Shown here: in pieces, positions 1 through 11,773 of the stretch
How the letters are laid out: every line of letters starts with the position of its first letter
How positions within the stretch are numbered: position 1 is the stretch's first letter
Assembly: GCA_965153285.1 (NCBI GenBank)
Contig: OZ229111.1
Strand: one strand, 5' to 3'
Source: Podarcis tiliguerta
Taxonomy: Eukaryota
DNA: 64,000 nt
Translations under genes and position numbers: made by a program
The notes under the pieces: generated by a model
Databases searched by the model: none
Told to the model about the DNA's origin: nothing
Seen by the model: only the letters and a program-made list of their open reading frames with translations

Positions 1-653
1 AAGGCGCACCTAGTTTTTTTGGGGGGAAATAAAGGAAAAAATTTATTTCCCCCCCAGGCGCGGGGTCGGGGAAGCCCGAGCTTCCCCCGACCCCAGCCCC
101 CAAACAGGCAGCTCTCTGCAAGCCGTGGGAGCCCAGTGCTGGCTCCCGCTGCTAGCGGAGAGGTCCGCGAAGCCTGGACGCGCTGAGCTCAGCGCGCGCA
201 GGCTTCAGCATGCAGGCACCTCTCCGCCAGCAGCGGGAGCGCTCCCGCTGCTAGCGGAGAGGTCCGCGAAGCCTGGACGCGCTGAGCTCAGCGCGCGCAG
301 GCTTCAGCATGCAGGCGCCTCTCCGCCAGCAGCGGGAGCGCTCCCGCTGCTAGCGGAGAGGTCCGCGAAGCCTGGACGCGCTGAGCTCAGCGCACGCAGG
401 CTTCAGCATGCAGGCGCCTCTCCGCCAGCAGCGGGAGCGCTCCCGCTGCTAGCAGAGAGGTCCGCGAAGCCTGGACGCGCTGAGCTCAGCGCCCGCAGGC
501 TTCAGCATGCAGGCACCTCTCCGCAAGCAGCGGGAGCGCTCCTGCTTTTTGCGGAGAGGTCCGCGAAGCCTGCATTCGCCCCATAGGACGCACCCAGATT
601 TCCCCTTCATTTTTGGAGGGGAAAAAGTGCGTCCTATAGGGCGAAAAATACGG
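1..653. mobile_element. Non-autonomous TcMar (Tc2/pogo-like) DNA transposon; left end lies outside the window
   Basis: Right end GTGCGTCCTATAGGGCGAAAAATACGG followed by TA; subterminal ATAGGACGCAC/AAGGCGCAC motifs; CpG-rich interior. Confidence 0.7.
142..572. repeat. 99-bp tandem repeat, about 4.3 copies, each unit an imperfect palindrome
   Basis: Units start at 142, 241, 340, 439 and 538 (partial); they produce the 33-aa periodicity of ORF 125..586. Confidence 0.95.
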
Positions 654-2386
654 TATATATTCTACATCGCTGCCTTGAGTGAGCAGAGCTATTGAACTTT
701 TTGGTCATTATTGAACCAAATATGTAGTTAAAACAGCCAGCTTTGAAATTTTACCGTGTCTTAGGTTAAGGAAAACGTAATGGAAATTAATAAACAATAC
801 CCATTTTTGCCATTTTACCCAATCTTTGCCATTTTGGGATGCCCATTACCCCATTATGAGACTGACTGAAATATTTTAAATCCTTTCAAATGATACCTGT
901 GATGTTTACTACTGGGGCAGGTTCTGCTGCTGTTGATCTTTTGGTTTTACTATTTTAAATTGGGCTTTCAGCTGTTCTGTTTTTTAGTGTACTTCTAATT
1001 TTGTTAGCAACTTTGCATTAAAATGAGTTGGAGTGTAAATGGTTCTCTCCACAGTACCATCCATATAATATTGGATTAGTAAGAGACTGTTTGGCTTGTT
1101 TGCTGTATTAATTGAAGCATACAAAGGGCAGCCTTACTTAGCTTTTTGTTGCAGGAGACCTGCAATTGGCTTATCAAGGGGCTGGCTGGATTTTAATGTG
1201 TTGAAATTATATGGCAATGTTTAGGAGTGGAAGTATGCTGAAAACACTTGATTTTGGGACCTTTTTGCTTTTCTCTTTATAGCCTATGTGACTTTACAGT
1301 TGATGAGCTTCCTATTTTTCTCATATTTGATGGACAATTAGAAAAATAAATGATACATACTTGAATAATGTAGGAGACATCCAGAGGCACAAACAAGCAG
1401 AAGCAGGCCAAAGTATTTAGCACAATGGATTAATATGTTCTCCATTTCATCATCCTAAGCATCCAGTTGAATGTTGGAATGGCCTCTGATTTGGCCCTTT
1501 CCATATGTTACTTTGAAATATGATTCTTTTGATTGCTGATTCCTCCTTCCATTGCGCCCCCTGAAAGGCTGATCTGGAGGGTTTGGGCACCCTTTGGAAC
1601 AGAATGGGAGATGCTGCAAAGGGCTGAAGGGGAAAGGGGAAATTGGTGCAAGGCCCCCCTCCCCATTCTCATAGGTAGCCTTGTCGTATCTAGAGCCTTT
1701 CCATAGATGGAAGCTGCCTTTTTGTTTGCTGAAAGGGCACTTAGGATCTAGTCCCCTATAAAGCAAAGAAATACATCTAGCAAAGATTAACACAAAATTG
1801 AATCTCTCTTTACATATTATTGACAAACTTGAGAAATTAAAAAAAATCGGAGATTTCTGGTTTCAGATGTTTCCAGAATAGCTACAAGATGATATCAGGA
1901 AACATCTCTGTAACAGCATACTCTTCTAAATAACAACATAATTACAGTAGCTTAAAGAGCAAAAACGCTAACACATTGCTTGATCCTCACTGTATAAACC
2001 TAATCCTCCTCCTGTTGGGAGTCCAGGTTACTGAAGCAAGGAAATGTGAGCTTGTTCTATTCAAAGTGACCTGTCTCAGAAATCTATTGAATCACTTGGC
2101 AGCAGGCCATTCTCAATTGCCTTGGATAATATTGTTGAAGGTGAATCTGCACTTTAAGCGTAGACGTTCTTGCTTGCAACTAAAAGGGATTCCCATAAAA
2201 TATGAGCTTGATGTTTATGGCCCAAAGAGACTTTAGTTTTGAAAGTGCCATGAACTGTGCACCTGGTACTCTTCAGAGTATAGTGAACAAGCTGTAATCA
2301 CCATTTTAGTATATAACCAAAGGAGATTTAAGAGGAAGAAGCACAATTTTTCCAACACCTAATAACTCTCTCTGTGTTTTATTCAG

Positions 2387-2458
2387 CGTCGACTTGGAGA
2401 TGCAGCAAAAAAAGCTGTTGGTAAATTGACAACAAGAACAGTGAAGAAAGGGGATAAG
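2387..2458 (+). CDS. RNF130: RNF130 exon 4 ([24 protein letters not shown])
   Basis: ttcag acceptor, 72 nt, gtatag donor, phase 0/0. Confidence 0.95.
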
Positions 2459-2765
2459 GTATAGTCACACAAATGAAATGTTAGTCACATTTTTTCTGGA
2501 GAAAAGTATTAACGCTTATCTGTGCAAGTCTGTTTCCCCCCTCGATTTATCCCAATCCTTTTGGTTTGTGGAGTCCTCCACAAAATAAGTTGTTGAGCTT
2601 TTTTGGGGGGGAGGGGAGGCCAAAGTTGTTGAGGGGGACAGAGAGTTCTTTCACTTCCAGTGATCGATAGGGATCCAGCGATCGACCGTGAACATCTGGG
2701 TATTTACCTGTCAATCACAGTCAACTGGTTGGACATCCCTGATGTACATAATGTTTTTTTGTTTG

Positions 2766-2850
2766 TACCCGGCCCATCTGACTGGGTTGCCCCAGCCACT
2801 CTGGGCGGCTTCCAGCATATATAAAAACATAGTAAAACATTAAACCCTAT
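2766..2850 (-). mobile_element. 3' tail fragment of an L2-type LINE
   Basis: Reverse complement matches the tail at about 45115-45160 (AAGCCGCCCAGAGTGGCTGGGG..ACCCAG.CAGATGG). Confidence 0.65.
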
Positions 2851-3236
2851 ACAGGTAAAAGTGTTGACCCTTAGGGAGCTGAACACCAACACCTTACCCG
2901 TATGGCGGTTTTTCGTTTTCATTGGTATATATGTAGAAAAGGGAAGAGTATAATACCATGAGGAAAAATGAGAAAGGGTGGGAGGGTCCCCTCTAGTCTT
3001 CTAGAATAGTGGTTCCCAATTAGCTATGTACTGCAGAACCCCTGTTTCTCAAACCCCAAACCATGGACCTCCGACTTTTGAAAATGTTGATATCTCTGTT
3101 TTAGTTTTTGTTATGTGAATGGTACCACCATACCTCCAACATGTCCCAGCACAAAACCAGGTCATGTGTCTTACTACAGGATTTCTGTGACTGTCTGCTC
3201 TAGAGATTGGTTGAATAGTCACTTTGTTCATTTTAG

Positions 3237-3319
3237 GAAACGGATCCAGACTTCGATCATTGTGCTGTTTGCATTGAAAGTTACAAGCAGAATGATGTTG
3301 TCCGCATTCTTCCATGCAA
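3237..3319 (+). CDS. RNF130: RNF130 exon 5, N-half of the RING-H2 finger (ETDPDFDHCAVCIESYKQNDVVRILPC)
   Basis: ttttag acceptor, 83 nt, gtaagc donor, phase 0/2; CxxC of the RING. Confidence 0.96.
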
Positions 3320-4770
3320 GTAAGCCAGTAATTCCTCTTTCCTATTTGAGAGTGCTTTACCCTTGAAAATATATGTCTTAGCTTCATTATCCTTTTTGTC
3401 ACTCTTGGGTTCCCTCAACACATTAGAACTTGTGTATTAATTTTAGGCACTTTTCTGTGCACACAATTACCTCGAGTAGTGTGGGAGAACTAGGCAAAAA
3501 GGCCTGGGTGGTGAAAGATACTTAGTATAGTCTGAAAAGAAAGTGGTTTGTGAATTAGGAGAATAGATGTGGTGGCAGTCAAATAAGATAATCATGGTAC
3601 CCATGAAGAATTATTGGTGACTCCCAAGGCGCTCAAACTGATCTCTGAATGAAGATGGCACCTGTGTGTGGCCTTCATATTGCAGATTACTTTCTGTAGC
3701 TGGAAAGGCCCATCCCCTTCTACTCTAATTGGTTGTGAAGGCACCCCTCCTCTTTGAAGGAAATCTTGAAAGTGCCATGGAGGATGTTGGAACTAGTTTG
3801 TGCAGTGGCCTGGAAAGGGAGAGGTAGGGTGGTGGCCACCACTTATTTTATTGCCCAGAAAGGCATTTTATTTTCGGAAGCAGGAGACAAAAGCAATGGG
3901 AATGTATGTGGTATCTACGTGAGAAGGAAAGGGGCTTTCTTTTTCACTACAGAACACATAAGAAATGCTGGAATCTGTAAAGACTTAGACTAAAATGTAT
4001 TTAGTGTATTTGAATATTAATACATGATAAAATTAACAATGGCAAGACATGTTACATAATTACAATGAGCTTGGATCTCAAATTATTACAAATCTGACAT
4101 CCGTTCACTTCCCTTATTAAGTCCATTTGGTATTACTGTATTTAGTTTATAAAACTACCTGACTTCTTCCCTTCATAATTATTTAAGTATTATTTTTCTG
4201 ATCCATATACATTCTCAGTATACCAAAACTTACAAGGATTTGACATCATGCTGTTGTTCTATAAAATTTTTTTAACAAATGCACCTGAAGTTTTTTATTC
4301 TTCCTTCTGCCCTGTGTCTTCCTGTCTTTATCTGAATCTTTTGAGTGGTCATCTTAATATATAGCAAAGGACACAGGCATTGAACTGCATAAATAACCCA
4401 GTTCAGTTCCCATGTTCCTTGTTATATGCACACACACTAAAATGGAAGAGGAACTAAATAACGCTTTGGTATGTGTGTGGCTGTTACTTAAAACCCCTGA
4501 AATTGGTATGTTCTGTACAAAAATGTAACACAAGCAGAAGTTATAAGTGAAATATGCAATCCATACATTCTCAGAAGATCTAAATGTAGCTTTACTATTA
4601 AGGAGTTAGTTGTACATTAAACCCAACTCAAGGATGATTGCCAATTTATTCAAATTCCCAAAATAAATTGTTCAAAATTCCTAATATTTTTTCTTATTAT
4701 GACCTCCCCAGTATGTCTGGTGTTATTAATAGTTTTGCAGCTAGCATTTGTTGTGCTGCTCTGTTTTCAG

Positions 4771-4867
4771 ACATGTTTTCCACAAAACCTGTGTGGATCC
4801 ATGGCTCAGTGAACACTGCACTTGTCCTATGTGTAAACTGAACATTTTGAAGGCTCTGGGAATTGTG
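4771..4867 (+). CDS. RNF130: RNF130 exon 6, C-half of the RING-H2 finger ([32 protein letters not shown])
   Basis: ttttcag acceptor, 97 nt, gtgagt donor, phase 2/0; HxxHxxC..W..CPxC motif. Confidence 0.96.
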
Positions 4868-5447
4868 GTGAGTCAAGTCTTATTTAAACAGTAAGGAATG
4901 TAGAGCTTTCCTTTCCAAAATGGTCTTAAATCAGTAAAGTCAGGTACGAGAGGACCAGAATTCCAGGGTGTTAGCCATTCTTCCTTTCTTGCATGAAATT
5001 GCAGTGTTCCAATTCTAAATATTGGAAGCATCCTTGGTAGTGGGTGTAAAAGGACTGTGGCAGAGGGTCAGAGTGATTGGTGTCAGCATTGTGCAAGCAC
5101 TGGGTGTTTGCCTTCCCATTAGTATATTGTGTTTGGACCTACCTACACACCCTCTCAAGTATATTTACCTCTCACTATTACTTTTGTACAATTTATCATC
5201 AGAACATCTTATGATGGGATTACTGAATCGTTTGATTTGGATGTGTGGCTGACAGTCCCTGTTCCCACTGGTTGCTGCTCAGCAGTAACTGCTTCTTCCT
5301 GTGAATCACATTTCATCACTGGTCACTATTGGATGCTTGTGCATCCCTCAGATAGCCTTCTGCAGACATTTTAAAATATCTCTTTTATGATTTTGCCAGA
5401 AGCTTACAAAATGGAAATATATTAACTTGCCAACATTGTGTTTTCAG

Positions 5448-5652
5448 ACAAATGTGCCATGTGCTGACAATATGGCCTTTGACATGGAAAGGCTCACCAG
5501 AGGCCAACTAGGCAACAGGAGATCAGTTCTTGGTGACCTTACCAGTGACACCTCACTCACTCTTGAGCCCCTGCGTACTTCTGGAATATCACAGTTTCCA
5601 CAGGATGGGGAGCTGACTCCCAGAACAGGAGAGATCAATATTGCTGTAACTA
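5448..5652 (+). CDS. RNF130: RNF130 exon 7 ([18 protein letters not shown]...[12 protein letters not shown])
   Basis: ttttcag acceptor, 205 nt, gtaagt donor, phase 0/1; lies within ORF 5427..5660. Confidence 0.95.
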
Positions 5653-6435
5653 GTAAGTGAAGTTTGGTTTTAATTTGAACATTGTACGTTTCATGTTGCT
5701 TTCAGATTTATCCTCCATTACTATAACATGCATGAAAGTTTTCTATTAGTTTTAAGTGACCGTGAAAAAGACTCATATTGAACATCAAGAGGATGAACTT
5801 GGAAATAGCTTTGGCAAAATCTTTTTCAAAATCAATTACCAAGTAAGAAAATAGATTATACAAGTCAATTATTTAAATGGCTAACAGTTAAAATGGGTAA
5901 GTATTTTAACATTTTTCCCCGTCAGTGAATTATGTTTGCAAATCATAATGGCTGGATCTAGAAATTTAGTAGATTGCTCCAATTATATTTGCCATCTTTT
6001 TATAATTATTTTTGGGCTTGATGCAGTCTTCAAACAGTTTATAGTTTGAGTGCCATCAGAAAATCACATATGCCAATTGTTTATGAAAATCATGTATGCC
6101 AATTCAACAATCTACCTGTGAACACAACCTTGCATTAAATGAACTCTGGAACAGTGATCTGTGTTGAGCTAGCTGTTTGGGGTATGATTCAGGCAAAAAA
6201 GAACACATAGTACCAGGTCCTAAAAGCCAAAGAACCCTTACTGGATATATAAATAAGAGTTTTGCTTCTGATTCTGTTGCACAGTCTAAGCCCCAGACAA
6301 ACGGTGTAGTCCTTACTTTGTTCAATTCAGCTGCAACTCTTCAAGGGTAGAACTTTCATATTTCCTGGTGCTAAGCATTGTTTGGTCTGCCTCATGATCA
6401 GTAGCAACACATGGCTTTTCTTTCTTGCTGTCTAG

Positions 6436-6596
6436 CAGGCCTGTGCAGAGCTTGTCTGAGGCCTGGGGTGGAATAAAAAAGCAGTTGGTCCCTGCCTGGG
6501 GCCTCTGGCCAGCTTAGTCCTCTGAGGCCTAGGGCAAGTGTATCTGGTTGCCTCTGCCCCGCCCCACCCTGCCCTACCCCGCCCTGCATGGGTCTG
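6436..6596. mobile_element. Degenerate hAT-like MITE
   Basis: Imperfect terminal inverted repeats CAGGCCTGTGCAGAGC / GCCCTGCATGGGTCTG; flanks ctgtctag / ctgcctaa (6 of 8 match). Confidence 0.4.
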
Positions 6597-8139
6597 CTGC
6601 CTAACAAACCAGGTAAAACTATTTTATGGGGGAAATGCAGTGTGCACTCCGACAAATAAGGATGAAAGTTTCTTTTAGTCCTCTATTTGCAAACTTGATG
6701 GTTATGTGAAGTTTTACTAAGTAAATGTCTTTCATACACTATAAATGAATTGGTGGAACCTGGAGATATGTGGGAACACCTGAGCAGAAGCACTTGCATA
6801 TTATTTGACCAGTAACTAAGAGAAATGTTTGGGCCAATGTGATATATACTACCACTCTGTAGTTTGGGAGACTGCCAATTTTGACAAAAGAGCTGGGTTT
6901 GCCCTTAACATTCCCCATACATCCCACACATTTATTTAAAAACTTCAGGCATGGAATTAGTGCTAGCAGGTTTTGCTTTGTTATATTCCCTCAGAAGTTG
7001 GGTTTGAGGTGTTATCATATTGCTATGTGTGAAGAATTTCATTTGTCAGTAAAATATCCCTCATGAAAATTGAGACTTACCATTGAATACTTTCTACAGT
7101 CCTGGTTCTATAATCTTAAAGTGGGATATATATCTTATAGTGACTTTGACCATCTTGAGAATGTGCAGTGGTAATGCACCCACCCTGTTGTTGTTGGTTT
7201 TGATTATTGCTTGCAGGCCCAGAACATGTCTAAGAATGGATTGACAACTCTTTTTCATTGACCGGAAAGACTTATTTAATATTCATAACCACATAACTAT
7301 GCATTTAACATAGGTTAAATCTCAGTGTACAAATACTGCTGGTTGCGAGAAATACACATGTACTGCTATATATACAACTTCAAAAACAAGCATATTAACT
7401 TGGCTTGAGTCCTGTTGCTTTTCCAGTCATTTAAAATGGAGATCATGATAAAGGAGAAGAAATTCATGCAACATTTCGAGCACTGTCATCTGAAAACTTT
7501 TCTGATTTATTTTAGTTTGTGTACATTGCACACATTCGTATGCCACAAAAAATTAAAACCAAGGAATGCACCTAGTTAGAAATGATGTCCAAAACAATCA
7601 CATTCCTTAAAAAAAAAATAAGATGTACTTTTGTGTGATATTTTTAGACTAAAATTATATTTCATTTTTTATTATTAATGACTCCCTGCTGAATTCTACC
7701 TTTTAAAAGTGCTAGAGCACTTTATTTGCGGATAAAGGAGTGGAAGAGATGATACAGGGTCTGTGTGTGTGCTGTCATATTTCTTTTAATACAGGTCTCA
7801 TTTGGAAATAGTCTTATTCCTTAACTGCAGGTAAAATTTTTGCTTATGCTTTCCTTATTTTGCATTTTACTTTGATCAGTCATTTATCATTAATGTCTGG
7901 ACTCTGTGATCAATATTATTGTATCATTCCTCTTTTTCTCACTTCTCCCCATAACCTTGTTTGCTGGCCTTCTCCATTTAGTACCTTCTTTGCCTTCTGC
8001 TTTCCTCTGGAGCTTCACTTCCTGGTGCCCCACATGAGTAGAATTATTGTCTTCTGCTTCTGATCTTTGAGGGCAGTTGCCATCGATTTGACATAAGCCT
8101 TCTTCCACGAGTGATTTCCTCCCTTTCCTTTGTCAACAG

Positions 8140-8233
8140 AAGAATGGTTTATTATTGCCAGCTTTGGCCTCCTGAGTGCCCTTACACTTTGCTACATGAT
8201 CATCAAAGCCACAGCTAGCTTAAATGCTAATGA
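8140..8233 (+). CDS. RNF130: RNF130 exon 8, C-terminal hydrophobic segment ([31 protein letters not shown])
   Basis: Pyrimidine tract and caacag acceptor, 94 nt, gtaagt donor, phase 1/2. Confidence 0.94.
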
Positions 8234-10349
8234 GTAAGTAAATGTTCAGATTGTGAGTGTGCCTACACATACGGCAGCATTGTAAAGAAATGATGAGTTG
8301 AAGAATTAGAAGGAAGGAGATCTGGGAAACATCCAGAATACAGCGTTCTTTTACTAAGTTGCAATATCAGATTGTTAGAACATCTGAGGATAGGTTTTCC
8401 AAAGGGAGGGTACTTTTTTTATTTTTTAAGGGGAAGATGCGTTATCGTTCAATTTTACTTTGTGTTCTGGCACTCCTGCTTTTTATTCATTTTGTGTGTG
8501 GATATGTGCGCATGCACTCCTTGTTTGGTTAAGTTTATATTAGCAAGCCTACCATTAGGGGAGAATTGTAAGGATCATTGCCTATCTGGACTTGAGTGAA
8601 CAAGCCTAGATAGCGCCTGTTCAGATTTAGATAACTGAATGTTATTTATTTGTCTAGGAATTATATTCAGGAAGTATATTCCAATAGGGAAGCTTAAGGG
8701 AAATGCCATAGAGAGTAGTAAGGATGCTATTTTTTATTTAATATTTTTCTTCTGCTCCCAGAGAACCAAGAGCAGCTTACAATGAAAAATACAATGAAAC
8801 AAATAATTTTTATCACTAAAACACAAATTTAAAAACCATTCCTGATAACAATTTAAAAGCAGCACTCAATGAAGAATCAAGTTAAGGCTTAGTGCTGTAT
8901 GTTTTTAAATAGTTGTTGAAAGGAAAACTTTTTTTAGTTTATGTTTAGAGGAGAGTCTCTTGAATTCCTGATTCCAGCGCAGTGTTATCACCAAGCAAGT
9001 GCTGGCTTGTGTAGTATGATGTGCACGAGTTTCCTGCATTTGTGCACAGCCTCTTTGCTCCCACTTCATTTATTTCTTTGTGCAAGCTGGGAAACAAATC
9101 AGGAAACCAGAGTTAACCATAGTTTCCTGTTACCTGCAAACTGGAGAAGTTATGGTTAACTGTAGAGTCTTTGTTTCCTTACTCACATGAAGAGACAAGT
9201 GACCTGAAGCAAAGGGGCTGTGTACAAGTGCATGAAACAGATTAAGCCTGAATTTGTGCAAACATAGCCACTGAATATTGTGTCCGCCAACCTAATGGCC
9301 TGAGGTAATGGCACAGAGAGCAGGGCTTCCAAGGCACAACTCAAAGGTTTATATGGAAACTAACTATCCTTGAGATAGCCTAAGATTGTTTAGGCAGATA
9401 AAGATCCAACAATGATGTACATCCTACAAGAAGTGCAGCTTAAGGACGAGAATTTAGAGTGAACTGGGGGTGCACCAACGTATGTGTACTTAGTAACTCC
9501 TGGTCCTGTGATCAGTCTTCTGCAAGTAAGGAGGACAAATTATGAAGTAAACATATATTTGCAAGCAAATGTACATTAATAAATTATGGTTCTCACTACA
9601 TGTGGTGAGCAGCATGAACACAGAGCTTGCTCTCGCACACTGCCCCATGGAGGTATATAGGCTACATATTTTACAGTAATTGACTAGTTCACCAGCACCC
9701 TGGTCTGGAATAATCTTACAACTTACTCATGTAGCATTTTGGTTGGCTACTTTCATATTTCCAAAAAGAGACTGGAATATTTTTTAGGGATTTCACACAA
9801 TATTTCCTACTGGTGATAGCTGCATTAAACTAGAAGGTTCCTCCTAGATTTTTGTATCTAAAAGTAAAAATGATGCTTGCATAAATGGATACTACAGATA
9901 TCCAAAACCACTTTCAGTCATTACTTCATGCTGGAACAAGATGTGCAAGTTTCCAACATAGCGCCCCATCTCTGATCTTTTGGGTGGAGGAGATGCAGAG
10001 ATTGTATTTTGGACATGACACAGTATAATAGGAAGCGGGAGAATTTGTATATTGTGTACAGTATTTTTCTTTAATTCACCCCCCCAAAAGGTGTAGTAAA
10101 TAAATTAAACCTAGTGTGGAGGTCAAGGTGGTAGCTAGAATTCATAATTTATTTCCCATTTTTATGAACCATCTATTTTAACTGTAATATCTATGGATTT
10201 GCCACTTGTGAAAAAGGAATAGCTGTATGCCTTCCTTCCCATTGACTGAAAGCACTAGCAAGTTGTTTTTATTCTGCTCATAATTTATTTTGAACATTTG
10301 TGCATTAAACAATAAAATATTACTGATAATCTCTTTTACTTTCCCACAG

Positions 10350-10365
10350 AACTGAATGGTATTGA
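10350..10365 (+). CDS. RNF130: RNF130 proximal last exon, coding part (ETEWY*)
   Basis: ttcccacag acceptor, phase 2, TGA at 10363-10365; matches the recalled human ending EVEWF*. Confidence 0.88.
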
Positions 10366-10506
10366 AGAAACACTTTGACTAATCGCTTTGGAGAGAGAGC
10401 GGCTTACTTTTATGTATCATTTCTTGATCATGTAACACAAGCATATGTTTTGTACATTCTATTTTCATAATTTGCTACTGCTGAAGCTTTGTATTACAAA
10501 AGACTC

Positions 10507-10512
10507 AATAAA
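10507..10512 (+). terminator. Polyadenylation signal for the proximal RNF130 isoform
   Basis: AATAAA about 140 nt after the stop codon. Confidence 0.65.
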
Positions 10513-10818
10513 AGGTCAACCATAAAAAATTATTCTGAGATTGAATTTTATTATACGCTTGTCAGTGGAAAGTGGTCCCCCCCCCCCCCCAATCCAGTGA
10601 ATGTTTCCACCTAGTTCTGTTAAATGTATGGACATGTATCAGATTTTGATCTTATACTTCTCCTGTAAATTCAAGGCTTAGTTCCTTGAACTAAAAGTTA
10701 ACACAGAAGTTTGCAGGAGGAAAGTTTTAGGTCCCTTCTTTCTGCCAGCATGCCTGCTCTTCCGCAGAAAGCTGCTCTGAAAAGTCAAGAAGGCCCTCTT
10801 AAACAACATGAGATGTAG

Positions 10819-10995
10819 ACCCTCCAAGTGTCCCTATTTTCCAGGGACAGTCCTGGATTTGCAGAAGCTATCCCAGTTTCAGACTTGATCCTGGAATGTC
10901 CTGCTTTTCCTTAGGATGTCCCTATTTTCATCAGATAAATGTTGGAGGGTATCGAATAGGATATCCCTATTTTCATCGGAGACATGTTGGAGGGC
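10819..10995. mobile_element. MITE-like element with a duplicated right end
   Basis: ACCCTCCAA ... TTGGAGGGT inverted ends; the terminal ~43 bp are repeated in tandem. Confidence 0.55.
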
Positions 10996-11157
10996 AGGCC
11001 TGGTGCTGCTGCAGAGAGGACGAACTGCCTAAAATTGAGGTTGGATCCTAAGATAAGTTAACTTATCTAGGAGTAAAGTTTCCCATTCTTTCCCTCTTCT
11101 AGTACCCCACCATGTTCCATTTTATATTATTCAGGAGGGCCCTTTGATCTTCTACAG

Positions 11158-11292
11158 CAGGCATCCCCAAACTTGGCCCTCCAGGTGTTTTGGGACTAAA
11201 CTCCCATCATCCCTAGCTAACAGGAGCGGTGGTCAGGGATGATGGGAATTGTAGTCCCAAAACATCTGGAGGGGCGAGTTTGGGGATGCCTG
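11158..11292. mobile_element. Palindromic hAT-type MITE, intact
   Basis: Terminal inverted repeats CAGGCATCCCCAAACT / AGTTTGGGGATGCCTG; perfect 8-bp target-site duplication TTCTACAG. Confidence 0.9.
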
Positions 11293-11734
11293 TTCTACAG
11301 AGTCTTTTCAGAAGTCTGAGGGTAGCAAACATTCCTTCTGTGAACTTGCTTAACTTAGTATAGAAGCCAAAGCTAACCTATAAATTAGAAAAAGGCATTC
11401 ACTTTATGGATTTCCACGAAACAATAACGCAAATGGGAAGCAGTTCTTGCTAAAGGAAGGAGGGCTTGATTTCTGCTAATCCTCCCTTGTTCCAGCTCCC
11501 TGTATCGTATCTTGATAATGCTCTGAAGGTATCTCAGTCCTCAAGGGTAGCTTTCTGGGGGTTGTAGTGGAAAAGAAGAGGTGAGCAATCGCCTTTCCAT
11601 AAGTGAAACTCCTCTTGCAATATTTGGGACTTAAATAATTAAGACTCCAAATTTGTTCAGAGGTTACAACTGGAAATACCAGGTGTAGGATATATACTGT
11701 TTTATAGCTACATAAACATTTAGCTTGTGTTATT

Positions 11735-11736
<2 letters not shown>

Positions 11737-11772
<36 letters not shown>
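11737..11772. repeat. (ATT)12 microsatellite
   Basis: Read directly. Confidence 0.95.

Positions 11773-11773
<1 letters not shown>

Noticed and set aside
142-572. CRISPR-like array
   Set aside because: There are no unique spacers and no cas genes, and the context is eukaryotic.
125-586. 153-aa repetitive ORF
   Set aside because: It is a by-product of the GC-rich 99-bp tandem repeat, starts at GTG, and lies in an intron inside a transposon.
7795-7830. Possible poison exon in RNF130 intron 7 (acag|GTCTC...GCAG|gtaaaa, in-frame TAG)
   Set aside because: Only splice-like dinucleotides support it; I have no homology or expression evidence.
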